Source of the DNA: Candidatus Woesebacteria bacterium
GTDB taxonomy: Bacteria; Patescibacteriota; Microgenomatia; UBA8517
DNA: 64,000 nucleotides
Direction of reading: 5' to 3'
Assembly: GCA_016432365.1 (NCBI GenBank)
Contig: CP066686.1
Coordinates: forward strand, 554,319-618,318
The notes beneath the pieces were generated by a model. The model was given only the letters and a program-made list of their open reading frames with translations. It was not told the origin of the DNA and did no database searches. This document shows, in pieces, positions 1-10,156 of this stretch. Numbering within the stretch: the first letter of the stretch is position 1; each line of letters opens with the position of its first letter. A program made the position numbers and the translations under genes.

Positions 1-315
1 ACGTATCGACTGAATTATCCTCCTGAAAACGCCCAGACACTTATTCGTGATCAAACCAGGAGTACCTTTCTGGAGCAAATTGCACACCCGTTTAGAGAAA
101 GCCTTTACGTTAATGGGTACGAACCTAAAAGTGAGGAGAATTATTCGGTGATAAATGGGACTAAATTTAGACAAAAAATAATCATTAGATACGTTCCCAG
201 CGCCGTGCCAGTGCGCATCGCAGTTTTTGTAGGAATAATTTTTTTTGCTTGGGTGCTTGCAGTGTCCTGGAAACAGACACTGTTTGATATCCGAGGCAAA
301 AAAATTAAGGTATAA
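1..315 (+). CDS. 3' part of a hypothetical membrane-anchored protein (5'-truncated by window edge)
   Basis: Frame 1 is open from base 1 to TAA at 313-315 (TYRLNYPPENA...RIAVFVGIIFFAWVLAVSW...KIKV*), with a C-terminal hydrophobic helix. Confidence 0.7.
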   Translation, partial: TYRLNYPPENAQTLIRDQTRSTFLEQIAHPFRESLYVNGYEPKSEENYSVINGTKFRQKIIIRYVPSAVPVRIAVFVGIIFFAWVLAVSWKQTLFDIRGKKIKV

Positions 316-323
316 TTCCAAAT

Positions 324-1253
324 ATGTCACGAAAAAACATTGACGTTTCAATAGTAATAGTAGCTACAAATATCGAAGATATGCTTCGTGATTGTCTAAG
401 ATCTGTTTACAAGGCGCTTGATGGAATATCGGGTGAAGTAATAGTTGTAGACAATGCATCTAGCGACAATACTCCCAAAATGGTTGCTAAAGAATTTCCT
501 CAGGTAACTTTAATAAAAAAATATGAGAATCATGGGTTTGGAGAAAACAACAACTATGGAATGAAGATTGCTCGTGGCCGATATGTTTTACTTTTGAATT
601 CGGACACTCTAATAATCGATAAAAATATATTTAAAGAAATGGTTGAGTGGATGGATGCACATCCTAAGGTGGGACTTTCTTCATGTGCACTTCTTAACTC
701 CGATAGAAAAACATTTCAAGGTTCAGGTGGATATTTTCCCACACTGCATAGAGTTTTTGCATGGATGACTTTTATAGATGATATCCCTGGGGTTGATAGG
801 TTGATGAAGCCTTACCATCCACTTCATCCGGGTTCTCCGTTTTACAAAAATGAGAATTATTTTGAGAAATCGCAGAAGCAGGATTGGGTAACCGGAGCAT
901 ACTTTTTAATGAGAAAGAAAGCGATGGATGCGGCGGGACTGTTTGACGAGGACTTCTTTCTGTATGTTGAGGAGGTAGAACTTGCATATAGGTTTTATAA
1001 AGCCGGGTGGGAATCGTGGTACTTGCCGGAATGGAAAATAGTTCACTATGGACAAATGACCAACGGAAGCGAAAAGGCTACGATTTTTGAAATGCAGAAC
1101 TTGAAGCTTTTTTACAAAAAACACTACCCTCATTGGCAATTACCTGCTCTGACGTTCACTCTCAAACTTGGCGCCTTTCTTAGAATCTTGTTCTATAGTT
1201 TAGTCGATCCTAAAATCGCCAAAATTTATGTCAAAGCTTTTGTCTCGATTTAA
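324..1253 (+). CDS. GT2 family glycosyltransferase (WbbL/rhamnosyltransferase-like)
   Basis: VSIVIV, VVDNASSD, NHGFG..NN, LLLNSD and FDEDFFLYVEEVEL motifs. Confidence 0.9.
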   Translation: MSRKNIDVSIVIVATNIEDMLRDCLRSVYKALDGISGEVIVVDNASSDNTPKMVAKEFPQVTLIKKYENHGFGENNNYGMKIARGRYVLLLNSDTLIIDKNIFKEMVEWMDAHPKVGLSSCALLNSDRKTFQGSGGYFPTLHRVFAWMTFIDDIPGVDRLMKPYHPLHPGSPFYKNENYFEKSQKQDWVTGAYFLMRKKAMDAAGLFDEDFFLYVEEVELAYRFYKAGWESWYLPEWKIVHYGQMTNGSEKATIFEMQNLKLFYKKHYPHWQLPALTFTLKLGAFLRILFYSLVDPKIAKIYVKAFVSI

Positions 1254-2589
1254 CACAATTTCAAAATATTTAATCGCCGCTGTTTTAATAATCGTTCCGC
1301 TATTTCCAAAATTTCCATTAGTCAACGTTTCAGGAACCTACGTGGCGGTACGTTTTGAAGATTTGCTTCTTTTCACTTTAGCAGTTTTTACGTTGATTAA
1401 GATCGTTCCCAATTTTAAGTCTTTTTTTAGTGACAAAATTGTTCAGGCTTTTTTAATATTTTTTGGAGTGGGACTTTTATCTGTTTTTTCGGGGGTATAT
1501 CTTACCCAAACGGTTGGGCTATCCCTAGGTCTTTTGCATTGGGCAAGAAGAATTGAGTATGCGGTGCCTTTTTTGGCGACAATAACATTATTGGCAAGGG
1601 ACAAAGTATCCGAAAATTTGGACTTTTATATAAAGGTGTTGTTGATAGTTGTCGTCGCAGTATTTATATACGGGATCGGGGAAATGTATTTTCGTTTTCC
1701 CGTAATAATTACTCAAAATATGGAGTATTCCAAGGGCGTGGCTCTTTTTTGGATACCGGGGAGTCATATTAACTCAACGTTTGCCGGGCATTATGATTTA
1801 GCGGCGTTTATAGTTCTGGTTATTCCGATCTTTATTGCTTTTATTTTTTTACTGAAAGATAATTTTAGCAAAATTTTATTCTCACTAGTATCGGGGGCCG
1901 GTCTTTGGCTTCTTATTAATTCACTTTCAAGGACGGGTCAAATTTCCTATTTGGCTGCGGTAACTTTTGCTTTGATGATGCTCAAAAAATTTAAAGGGCT
2001 TGCAGTTGTGTTAGTTGTAAGTGTGTTTCTAATTCTGATGTCATCCGGAGTTAACCAAAGGTTCAGGCAGTTGATAAAAGTTTTTGGAATGACTAATCCG
2101 TCTATTACTGTATACGCTGACGAAACGACTCTTCCGACCAAGCGGGTGGATTTAAGTACTCCAACGCCGGCGCCGGTTCCGGTTGTTGAAGATAGATCAA
2201 CATCAATCCGTTTATATGTAGAGTGGCCCAGGGCTATACGGGGTTTTAAAATTAACCCGGTATTGGGTACAGGTTACTCTTCTATTGATCTTGCAACAGA
2301 CAATGATTATTTGAGAAGTTTGGGAGAGACCGGATTGTTCGGATTTTTGGCTTTTTGGCTAATATTTTTTAGAATAGGAAATACATTTGTTGGTTCCATT
2401 CCGGTAATTCGTAAACTAGACCCACTTTCGTTGGGATTCATGGTGGGTCTTTTTGGAGGAATTTTTGGGACATTTTTGAGTGCTTTGTTTATCGATTTAT
2501 TCGAAGCCTCAAAATTTGCGACAATTTTCTGGTTATTATTAGGATTAGCCGTTTATGTGGTTAAAAATAAACAATATGAACAAGAATAA
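1228..2589 (+). CDS. O-antigen ligase/Wzy-like polytopic membrane protein
   Basis: Many TM helices; SLSRTG, STSIRL..W..A, NPVLGTG and DNDYL..LGETG..G motifs; glycan locus context. Confidence 0.8.
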   Translation: MSKLLSRFNTISKYLIAAVLIIVPLFPKFPLVNVSGTYVAVRFEDLLLFTLAVFTLIKIVPNFKSFFSDKIVQAFLIFFGVGLLSVFSGVYLTQTVGLSLGLLHWARRIEYAVPFLATITLLARDKVSENLDFYIKVLLIVVVAVFIYGIGEMYFRFPVIITQNMEYSKGVALFWIPGSHINSTFAGHYDLAAFIVLVIPIFIAFIFLLKDNFSKILFSLVSGAGLWLLINSLSRTGQISYLAAVTFALMMLKKFKGLAVVLVVSVFLILMSSGVNQRFRQLIKVFGMTNPSITVYADETTLPTKRVDLSTPTPAPVPVVEDRSTSIRLYVEWPRAIRGFKINPVLGTGYSSIDLATDNDYLRSLGETGLFGFLAFWLIFFRIGNTFVGSIPVIRKLDPLSLGFMVGLFGGIFGTFLSALFIDLFEASKFATIFWLLLGLAVYVVKNKQYEQE

Positions 2590-4051
2590 TACCCCTTTTT
2601 TTAGATCTAAATTTTTCGAGTATTTAATTTTATCAATAATTTTAGTTATGGGCTTCGTTGTGAGGCTTTACAGAATACAAAATCCAATAGCTGATTGGCA
2701 TTCTTGGAGACAGGCGGATACGGCATCTGTCACTCGTATGTATGTAGATAAGGGTATTAATTTTCTTTACCCCAGATATCATGATATCTCAAGCGTTCAA
2801 ACCGGCGTCTTTAACCCAAATGGGTATAGAATGGTAGAGTTTCCATTTTACAATGCTATTGCAGCATTGCTTACTAACACCTCTTCCGTTTTTTCTATGG
2901 AAGTTTGGTCGAGACTGGTTACTATTTCCTGTGCCTTAATTACTTCGTTTTTCTTGTATCTTATTGGTAAAAGATTTATTGGTAAATGGGGTGGGCTCCT
3001 GAGTGCATTTTTTTATTTATTTATTCCGTATAATATTTATTTTACTCGGGTAATACTCCCTGATCCAATGGGTGTAACTTTTGGGGTAATTTCACTTTGG
3101 TCATTTATCAGATTTTTTGATGACAACGGTGACTACTATTTATACCTTTCCGGAATATTTTTCGCAGCAATGCTTTTGATAAAACCCTACATGGGTTTTT
3201 ATATCATTCCGATGTGTTATCTTGCTCTTAAGAAATATGGATTAAAGAGAATTTTTAAAGACAAGCAAATTCTTTTTAAGTCGATCGCTTTTTTTGTTCT
3301 GGCGTTTTTACCGTTTGTTCTTTGGCGTGCTTGGATATCGAAATTTCCGGAAGGAATTCCTTTTTATCTTTGGGCTTTCAATGGCGATAGAATCAGATTT
3401 AAACCCTCATTTTGGTATTGGATTTTTGGAGAGCGGTTGGGACACTTGATATTGGGTTCCTTGGGTCTTATTCCGTTCGTTTTCGGTATTTTTAATACGA
3501 AGGTTAAAAATTTATTTATTCAATGGTTTTTGGTGGGGATATTTATGTATGTCGTAACTGTTGCTTCGGCTAATGTTATGCACGATTATTATCAGATTCA
3601 ATCAATTCCAGTTATTGCCTTAACACTTGCGGCGGGGTTTGTTTATTTGTGGCATCAACAAAATTTTAATAGATGGTTGGTAAGGATCACTTTGTTCATT
3701 TCTGTCTGGGTGATGTTGGTTACCGGGTGGAGTCAGGTTGTTGGAAATTACAATATTAATCATCCAGAGATTCTTATTGCAGGTACCGAAGTGGACAAAA
3801 TTACTTCAAAAGACGCGATTGTTGTAGCTCCATACAATGGTGATACTGCATTTTTGTATGCAACAAAGCGTTCCGGTTGGCCGGCAATTGACGATGCAAT
3901 AGATAATATCATCGAAAAAGGGGCTGATTACTATGTTTCGGTTGACTTGGGCAGTGCCGATACGAAAATGATAGCGTCAAGATTCAAAACTATACAGAAA
4001 ACTGACAAGTTTATAATTATTGATTTACACCAAGCAGTAAAAACCAAATGA
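2576..4051 (+). CDS. GT-C fold glycosyltransferase (GT39/ArnT/PMT-like)
   Basis: Polytopic; DWHSWRQADT first loop, EFPFY, R..LPD, IKP and HDYY motifs; start moved to the ATG at 2576. Confidence 0.8.
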   Translation: MNKNNTPFFRSKFFEYLILSIILVMGFVVRLYRIQNPIADWHSWRQADTASVTRMYVDKGINFLYPRYHDISSVQTGVFNPNGYRMVEFPFYNAIAALLTNTSSVFSMEVWSRLVTISCALITSFFLYLIGKRFIGKWGGLLSAFFYLFIPYNIYFTRVILPDPMGVTFGVISLWSFIRFFDDNGDYYLYLSGIFFAAMLLIKPYMGFYIIPMCYLALKKYGLKRIFKDKQILFKSIAFFVLAFLPFVLWRAWISKFPEGIPFYLWAFNGDRIRFKPSFWYWIFGERLGHLILGSLGLIPFVFGIFNTKVKNLFIQWFLVGIFMYVVTVASANVMHDYYQIQSIPVIALTLAAGFVYLWHQQNFNRWLVRITLFISVWVMLVTGWSQVVGNYNINHPEILIAGTEVDKITSKDAIVVAPYNGDTAFLYATKRSGWPAIDDAIDNIIEKGADYYVSVDLGSADTKMIASRFKTIQKTDKFIIIDLHQAVKTK

Positions 4052-4102
4052 AAATACTTACGATTATATCGAAGTATTTTTCTTGATAAAAAATAAACCT
4101 TT

Positions 4103-5314
4103 ATGAAAATACTTATGTTGACCCCATATCTCCCTTTTCCGGATTCTTCGGGAGGACAGATACGGTCTTATAATCTCATAAAAGATTTAAGTAAAAAGCA
4201 TGATATTACACTTTTTTCTTTGATCAAGGACGATCAGGAAAAAAAATTTATCTCCGAGCTTGAAAAATATTGTAAAGAGGTTCAAGTTTTCAAGAGGTCT
4301 AAATCCCCCTGGACCCTGAGAAATATTCTTCTGACAGGTTTTGGCCCTTATCCGTTTCTGGTTATAAGAAATTTATCTCCTAAAGAAAAAGGAGCCGTAA
4401 AAGCTGAGATTCAAAAAAATAAATATGATCTCATACACGCTGAAACTTTTTATGTTATGCCTCACATACCCGAAACCAAAATTCCCATTCTTCTTGTGGA
4501 GCAGACCATTGAATACCTCGTGTACAGACATTTTGTGAAGGGTATTAAGAATATTTTTGTAAGAATACTTCTTTCTATAGATGTAGCCAAACTCCGTTTT
4601 TGGGAAACCAGTTTTTGGAAAAAAGCTGATGGTGTTGTCGCAGTGTCTGAAGCAGACAAAAAAGAAATGCTTAAACTTGCACCCGATTTAGATGTGGGTC
4701 TGGTGCCCAACGGTGTAAGTCTCGATTTTTTTAAGATTAAGGGAAGCTGGAGTCAAAAGAATCCAAAAATTCTTTTCGTCGCAAATTTTAAATGGTTGCA
4801 AAATGTTGAAGCCGCAGAATTACTTCTCGATGAAGTTTTTCCGCTCATTCATAAGAAAAATCCGTCTGTGAAAGTGTGGATTGTCGGGCAACATATTCCC
4901 GAGTCGATACTAAATAGAAGGAGGACAAACGTGATTGTAGACAATCTTAGAGAAGATGACCAGGAGGGTATAAGAAATGCTTACTATGAATCTACAGCCT
5001 TCGTATCACCTCTCAGAGGTCCGGGGGGAACAAGATTAAAACATTTTGCTGCAATGGCGGCAAAACTTCCACTTATCACAACCTCTGTCGGAGCGGAAGG
5101 CTTGGGAGCTACCAATGAAGAAAATATTATAGTTCAGGATGAACCTATCTCCCTCGCCCAGTCAACCCTTGAAATTATTGGAAACGAGAAAAAGGCAAAA
5201 TTCATTGCTGAAAATGCAAGGAAGCTGGTTGAAGAAAAATTTAGTTGGTATAAAATGAGTGAATATCTCGATAGAATTTACGAGGATACAGCATATGACA
5301 GCCACAAAACCTGA
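4103..5314 (+). CDS. GT4 family glycosyltransferase
   Basis: MKILMLTPYLPFP..SGG, VPNGV and GTRLK..AAMA..LP.ITT motifs. Confidence 0.9.
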   Translation: MKILMLTPYLPFPDSSGGQIRSYNLIKDLSKKHDITLFSLIKDDQEKKFISELEKYCKEVQVFKRSKSPWTLRNILLTGFGPYPFLVIRNLSPKEKGAVKAEIQKNKYDLIHAETFYVMPHIPETKIPILLVEQTIEYLVYRHFVKGIKNIFVRILLSIDVAKLRFWETSFWKKADGVVAVSEADKKEMLKLAPDLDVGLVPNGVSLDFFKIKGSWSQKNPKILFVANFKWLQNVEAAELLLDEVFPLIHKKNPSVKVWIVGQHIPESILNRRRTNVIVDNLREDDQEGIRNAYYESTAFVSPLRGPGGTRLKHFAAMAAKLPLITTSVGAEGLGATNEENIIVQDEPISLAQSTLEIIGNEKKAKFIAENARKLVEEKFSWYKMSEYLDRIYEDTAYDSHKT

Positions 5315-6182
5315 ATTATCCGTAATAATTTTGAATTATAATACCAAGGAGCTTCTTGAGGATTGTCTCAACTCAGTTAAATCTCATATGCACGAAGTCC
5401 CAATGGAAGTAATAGTTTCGGATAACTCTTCAACTGACGGCGGCCCTGAAATGATAAAGAAAAAATTCCCATGGGTAACACTTATCGAGGGACCAAACAA
5501 TGGTTTTTCTGCGGGAAACAATCGCGCAAAACCACTAGTTCGGGGTGATATGGTCTTGTTTTTGAATCCGGATACAATCGTTCATGATAACGTGTTTGGC
5601 TTAACTGTTAGGTACCTTAAAGAGCATCCCAAGGTGGGGGCGGTGACTTGTAAGTTGGTTTTACCTGACGGCTCGATGGATAAAGATGTTCGTCGAAGAT
5701 TTCCCACACCATGGATATCCTTCAACCGATTGGTTCTCGGTAAAACCCGGGAATACTATTATGAATACATTCCGGATACATCGACCCATGAGGTAGAGGC
5801 TATACAAGGGGCCTTTTTCTTAAGTTGGAAAAAAATATTGGACAAGGTTGGTTGGTATGATGAAGGCTATTTCTTTGACGGAGAAGACGTGGACCTTTGT
5901 TACCAGATTTCCAAGTTGGGTTACAAACTTGTTTATTATCCGGATGTATATATTACACATTTAAAAGGGGTGACCAAGGGAAAAGTCGCGAAGTGGAAGT
6001 ATAAAGTAACCCGAGAGCAGAGAAAAAAGCTTAGAATGTCGGGGGTTGCTTCAATGGAAAGATTTTTTAGAAAGAATTTGTGGAAAAGATATCCGGTCTG
6101 GTTCGACTACTTCGTCCTTCTGGGAATCAATCTTTTTAAGATTGTTCGGTACGTGCGGGTAGCGATACTTTCTTCATACTAA
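5295..6182 (+). CDS. GT2 family glycosyltransferase
   Basis: LSVIILNYNT, DNSSTDG, FLNPDT and DEGYFFDGEDVDLC motifs; start moved to the ATG at 5295. Confidence 0.9.
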   Translation: MTATKPELSVIILNYNTKELLEDCLNSVKSHMHEVPMEVIVSDNSSTDGGPEMIKKKFPWVTLIEGPNNGFSAGNNRAKPLVRGDMVLFLNPDTIVHDNVFGLTVRYLKEHPKVGAVTCKLVLPDGSMDKDVRRRFPTPWISFNRLVLGKTREYYYEYIPDTSTHEVEAIQGAFFLSWKKILDKVGWYDEGYFFDGEDVDLCYQISKLGYKLVYYPDVYITHLKGVTKGKVAKWKYKVTREQRKKLRMSGVASMERFFRKNLWKRYPVWFDYFVLLGINLFKIVRYVRVAILSSY

Positions 6183-7307
6183 ATGAAAATAATTATTGAC
6201 GGTAGACTTTACGGTTTGGAAAACGCCGGTTTAGGTAGGTATTTAATCAATCTTGTTGAGGAACTGGGTAAGCTGGATAAAAAAAATGAATACACAATTC
6301 TTCTCAGAAAGAAATATTTTGATAGCTTGAAACTTTCCGCTAATTGGAAAAAGGTGCTTGTTGATTTGCGCCACTATAGTTTTGCAGAGCAAATATTCCT
6401 TCCGGGGATAATCACGAAAGAAAAACCGGATATTGTTCATTTCCCACATTTTAACGTACCCATTTTATATAAAGGAATGTTTGTGGTTACGATTCACGAT
6501 ATGCTTATGCACGATTTTGCAGGTCTTTCTGCTTCCACCTTACCCGGGCCGTTATATTTTTTAAAGCAATCTGTTTATAAATTTGTATTTAGGAGAGCAG
6601 TCCTTGCATCTTCCCGGATAATTGTGCCTTCATATGCTGTTGGAGCGGGGTTAAAGAAATATTACAACCTGCCGGATTCTAAAATAGAAACTATATACGA
6701 AGGTTTTGATAACAAGATAACCCTAAATCGGACAAAAAATAATGACCCCTACTTTATTTATACCGGAAACGCTTATCCTCACAAAAATCTCAACCGTCTT
6801 ATTGAAGCAATGGTGCTGCTTAATGAAAAAGTCGATAGAAAAGTCTTACTTATGATTGCTTCTGCGAGAAATGTTTTTACAAAAAGACTCGAAAAAGTGA
6901 TTACCGGATTAAAAGCCGATGAATATGTAAAACTTAAAGGCTTTGTGCCGGACTCTGAATTGGGTTCGTTGTATAAGAATTCTTTGGGATTTGTTTCCCC
7001 TGCGCTTTCCGAAGGCTTCGGTCTTCCCGGCCTTGAGGCAATGAGTTGTGGAACGCTTCTACTTGCATCCGATATTCCGGTATTTAAAGAAATTTATGAA
7101 AAACACGCCACATATTTTGATCCTTTTGATCCCTCTTCGATTGAAAATGCTATGAGAAGCGTGATAGAGACAGACGCGGTTACGCGCCGGAAGAAAATTT
7201 TGGAAGGCCAAAAGTTTTCAAAAGGCTATTCATGGGTTAAAATGGCCACTCAAACCCTGAAAATATATGAAAGCTTATTCAAAAAAGAAAGTGGCGATAG
7301 TTTATGA
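6183..7307 (+). CDS. GT4 family glycosyltransferase (mannosyltransferase-like)
   Basis: GLGRY, VTIHD, YPHKN and EGFGLPGLEAM..G motifs. Confidence 0.9.
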   Translation: MKIIIDGRLYGLENAGLGRYLINLVEELGKLDKKNEYTILLRKKYFDSLKLSANWKKVLVDLRHYSFAEQIFLPGIITKEKPDIVHFPHFNVPILYKGMFVVTIHDMLMHDFAGLSASTLPGPLYFLKQSVYKFVFRRAVLASSRIIVPSYAVGAGLKKYYNLPDSKIETIYEGFDNKITLNRTKNNDPYFIYTGNAYPHKNLNRLIEAMVLLNEKVDRKVLLMIASARNVFTKRLEKVITGLKADEYVKLKGFVPDSELGSLYKNSLGFVSPALSEGFGLPGLEAMSCGTLLLASDIPVFKEIYEKHATYFDPFDPSSIENAMRSVIETDAVTRRKKILEGQKFSKGYSWVKMATQTLKIYESLFKKESGDSL

Positions 7308-8385
7308 CAGAGTAAATAAGTGGGGGGGCGCTGAGCGCGTTCTCCTCGCTCTCCACGAAATTTTTCCCAATGCACCTCTTTATACTTCGGTTTATGATAA
7401 AAAAAATGCCAAGTGGGCAAAAGTTTTTCCAAAGGTAGTAGCTTCGTTTTTACAGACATTTCCGTTTGCAAAATCCAACCACGAATTTTTTGCTTCGTTA
7501 ATGCCTCTGGCTTTTGAGTCCTTTGATTTTTCTGGTTTTGATATAGTTATTTCGGTGACCAGCGAAGCGGCAAAGGGAATTAAAACAAAGCATAATCAAT
7601 TACACATTTGTTATTGTTTAACACCAACACGCTATCTTTGGAGTTCTCATGACAGTTATTTCAAAAATCCGCCACCTATTTTTAAATTTTTCCCTTTCTT
7701 TGGAGTAATTTCAAGACCATTTGTCTTTTTTCTTAGAAGGTGGGACCTAGGAGCCTCAAAGCAACCTGACGTTATGATTGCCATTTCCGGTGAAGTCCAA
7801 AAAAGAATTAAAAAATATTACAAAAGAAACTCGGTGATAGTTTATCCTCCGGTAGAACTCAAGAGTCTAAATTCGAAATTCGGGAATACTATCCAAAAGT
7901 CAAAAAAAGAATTTTACTTGATAGTTAGTAGGCTGGTGGGATATAAGAGGGTTGATTTAGCGATTGCCGCTTTTAACAAATTAGAAATCCCTCTCGTTGT
8001 CGTAGGAACTGGCAGCGAAGAAAAGAGGTTGAAGAAAAAAGCAAAAAGAAATATTAAACTTGTAGGAGCAGTATCGGAAAAAGCATTGGTCCGTTACTAT
8101 TCAGGTGCAAAAGCGCTTATTATGCCGCAGGAGGAAGATTTTGGAATTGTGGCAGTTGAGGCACAGTCGATGGGTGTTCCGGTAATTGCTTACAAAAAGG
8201 GAGGGGCAATTGACACTGTCATTCCCGGTAAAACTGGTATATTCTTTGATGAACAAAAACCTGAGAGTCTGATAAAAGCAGTGAAGAGATTTGAAAAAAA
8301 TAAGTTTTTAGTTGATAATCTACGTACAAATGCAAAACGATTCAACAAACAAACCTTCCGGAAAAGATTCCTCAGACTCATATAA
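7267..8385 (+). CDS. GT4 family glycosyltransferase (WbaZ-like)
   Basis: GGAERVL, TPTRYLW, SRL..YKRVD and EEDFGIV.VEAQ..G.PVIA motifs. Confidence 0.9.
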   Translation: MKAYSKKKVAIVYDRVNKWGGAERVLLALHEIFPNAPLYTSVYDKKNAKWAKVFPKVVASFLQTFPFAKSNHEFFASLMPLAFESFDFSGFDIVISVTSEAAKGIKTKHNQLHICYCLTPTRYLWSSHDSYFKNPPPIFKFFPFFGVISRPFVFFLRRWDLGASKQPDVMIAISGEVQKRIKKYYKRNSVIVYPPVELKSLNSKFGNTIQKSKKEFYLIVSRLVGYKRVDLAIAAFNKLEIPLVVVGTGSEEKRLKKKAKRNIKLVGAVSEKALVRYYSGAKALIMPQEEDFGIVAVEAQSMGVPVIAYKKGGAIDTVIPGKTGIFFDEQKPESLIKAVKRFEKNKFLVDNLRTNAKRFNKQTFRKRFLRLI

Positions 8386-9466
8386 AGACCATTTGTATGC
8401 CCTGATTCTCGCAGGGGGGGGCGGAACTCGTCTTTGGCCAAGATCCAGGAATAAGACTCCAAAACAATTTCTCCCGTTATTTTTAGAGAACCAAACGCTA
8501 ACAGAGCTGACATTTCTTAGGTTTCAAAAATTGGTTCCGATCGACAGGATTTTTTGTGTTACTGTTTCCGAAGACTACAAAAAAGAGATCCTAAGAGAGA
8601 TTCCGGAATTTAAGAAAGAAAACATTGTTGTTGAGCCAGCCAGACGTGAAACCGGACCAGCCCATGCATTGGGGGCATATATTATCAGTAAATTAGATAA
8701 AGACGCAGTAATAATTACTGAGGCCGCAGATAGGTTGGTTAGTCCGGTTCATCGTTATCTTCAGGTATTAACAGCGTCGGCGAAAATAGCTTATGAAAAG
8801 CGAGTATTAGTTGCTTTAGGTGTACCCCCGCGATATCCCCATACTGGCTTGGGCCATATAAAGAGGGGGGAGAGGCTGGATGATGTTGGTGATGTTGCTT
8901 TTTTTAAACTGGAGAAGTTTGTGGAAAAGCCACCTCTAGAATTGGCTAAAGAGTACACCGAATCAAAAGAGTATTATTGGAATGCCGGTGAGTTTGTATG
9001 GAGGGCAGATGTTTTATTGGAGGAAATTGCAAATTACGCCCCGGAAATTACCAAGCATTTGGTTAGGATTGGAAAGGGAGAAAAAATTGAGGATGTTTAT
9101 AAAGATATGCCTGCAATAGCAATAGATTATGCGGTGGCAGAAAAATCAAAAAATTTTTACGTTGTTCATGGCGATTTTAACTGGACCGATATCGGTGATT
9201 GGAAAGAGGTTTGGGAAAATAGCAAGAAGGATGACTTTGGAAATGTAATTATTGATGGTAGCGCCAAGGGCGGCGAAATTATAAACATCGACACCTCGGA
9301 TGCGTTGGTCCACAAGGATGGGAGATTAATAGCGATTGTTGATGTAGATAATATTATAGTGGTTGATACTCCTGACGCGCTTTTGATTTGTTCAAAAAGT
9401 AAAGCCCAGAATGTAAAAAAGGTGGTTGAAAAATTGAAGGCGGAAAATAGAACGGAGCTGCTCTGA
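8330..9466 (+). CDS. manC: Mannose-1-phosphate guanylyltransferase
   Basis: ILAGGGGTRLWP.SR..PKQF, EP..RETG, FVEKP, WNAG, IDYAVAEK and WTDIGDW motifs. Confidence 0.9.
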   Translation: MQNDSTNKPSGKDSSDSYKDHLYALILAGGGGTRLWPRSRNKTPKQFLPLFLENQTLTELTFLRFQKLVPIDRIFCVTVSEDYKKEILREIPEFKKENIVVEPARRETGPAHALGAYIISKLDKDAVIITEAADRLVSPVHRYLQVLTASAKIAYEKRVLVALGVPPRYPHTGLGHIKRGERLDDVGDVAFFKLEKFVEKPPLELAKEYTESKEYYWNAGEFVWRADVLLEEIANYAPEITKHLVRIGKGEKIEDVYKDMPAIAIDYAVAEKSKNFYVVHGDFNWTDIGDWKEVWENSKKDDFGNVIIDGSAKGGEIINIDTSDALVHKDGRLIAIVDVDNIIVVDTPDALLICSKSKAQNVKKVVEKLKAENRTELL

Positions 9467-9478
9467 TATAATCCCGTT

Positions 9479-10129
9479 ATGTATTACAATTTTGTAAAAA
9501 GAATAATGGACATAGTAATGTCTATTTCTTTGATTGTTCTTTTTTCACCGGTGATGCTTCTAACAGCTGTAATTATTTGGATAACTTCGCCTGGCCCCGC
9601 TCTTGTAGAAAGAACCAATAAACACATGAAGAGAATTGGTAAGGACGGTAAAATCTTCCGTTTGTATAAATTCCGTTCAATGCCGGTTAATTCCGACTAT
9701 CTTATTACCAAAGATCCGAGATTCAAGAAACTCTATGTAGAGTGGAAAAGGTCGAATTTTAAACTGCATGACGATCCGAGGGTTAGTAAATTTGGGAAGT
9801 TTATAAGAAAGTATTCAATAGACGAAATGCCTCAACTATTTAACGTTCTAAGGGGAGAAATGAGTATCGTTGGCCCTAGACCGTACCATGCTGACGAGAT
9901 ATATGAACAGCAAAAGCGATACAGAGGAACTGAGAAATATGTTAAAGAAACCCAAACAGTAAAACCGGGTATTACCGGATATTGGCAAGTTACTGGGCGG
10001 AGCAATATAAATTTTGATAAAAGAATCCGAATGGATGCGGATTACGCACGCAGAAAATCGTTGTTAACGGATTTGTTTATTATTTTGAGAACCCCGATTG
10101 CAATGATAACAGGGGTTGGTGCAGTGTAG
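9479..10129 (+). CDS. Polyprenyl-phosphate priming sugar transferase (WcaJ/WbaP catalytic domain)
   Basis: KRIMD, YKFRSM, DPRV, SIDEMPQLFNVLRGEMSIVGPRP and KPGITGYWQV.GRS motifs. Confidence 0.92.
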   Translation: MYYNFVKRIMDIVMSISLIVLFSPVMLLTAVIIWITSPGPALVERTNKHMKRIGKDGKIFRLYKFRSMPVNSDYLITKDPRFKKLYVEWKRSNFKLHDDPRVSKFGKFIRKYSIDEMPQLFNVLRGEMSIVGPRPYHADEIYEQQKRYRGTEKYVKETQTVKPGITGYWQVTGRSNINFDKRIRMDADYARRKSLLTDLFIILRTPIAMITGVGAV

Positions 10130-10156
10130 TGCTTCTCGAATTACAATCTTTGTTAT

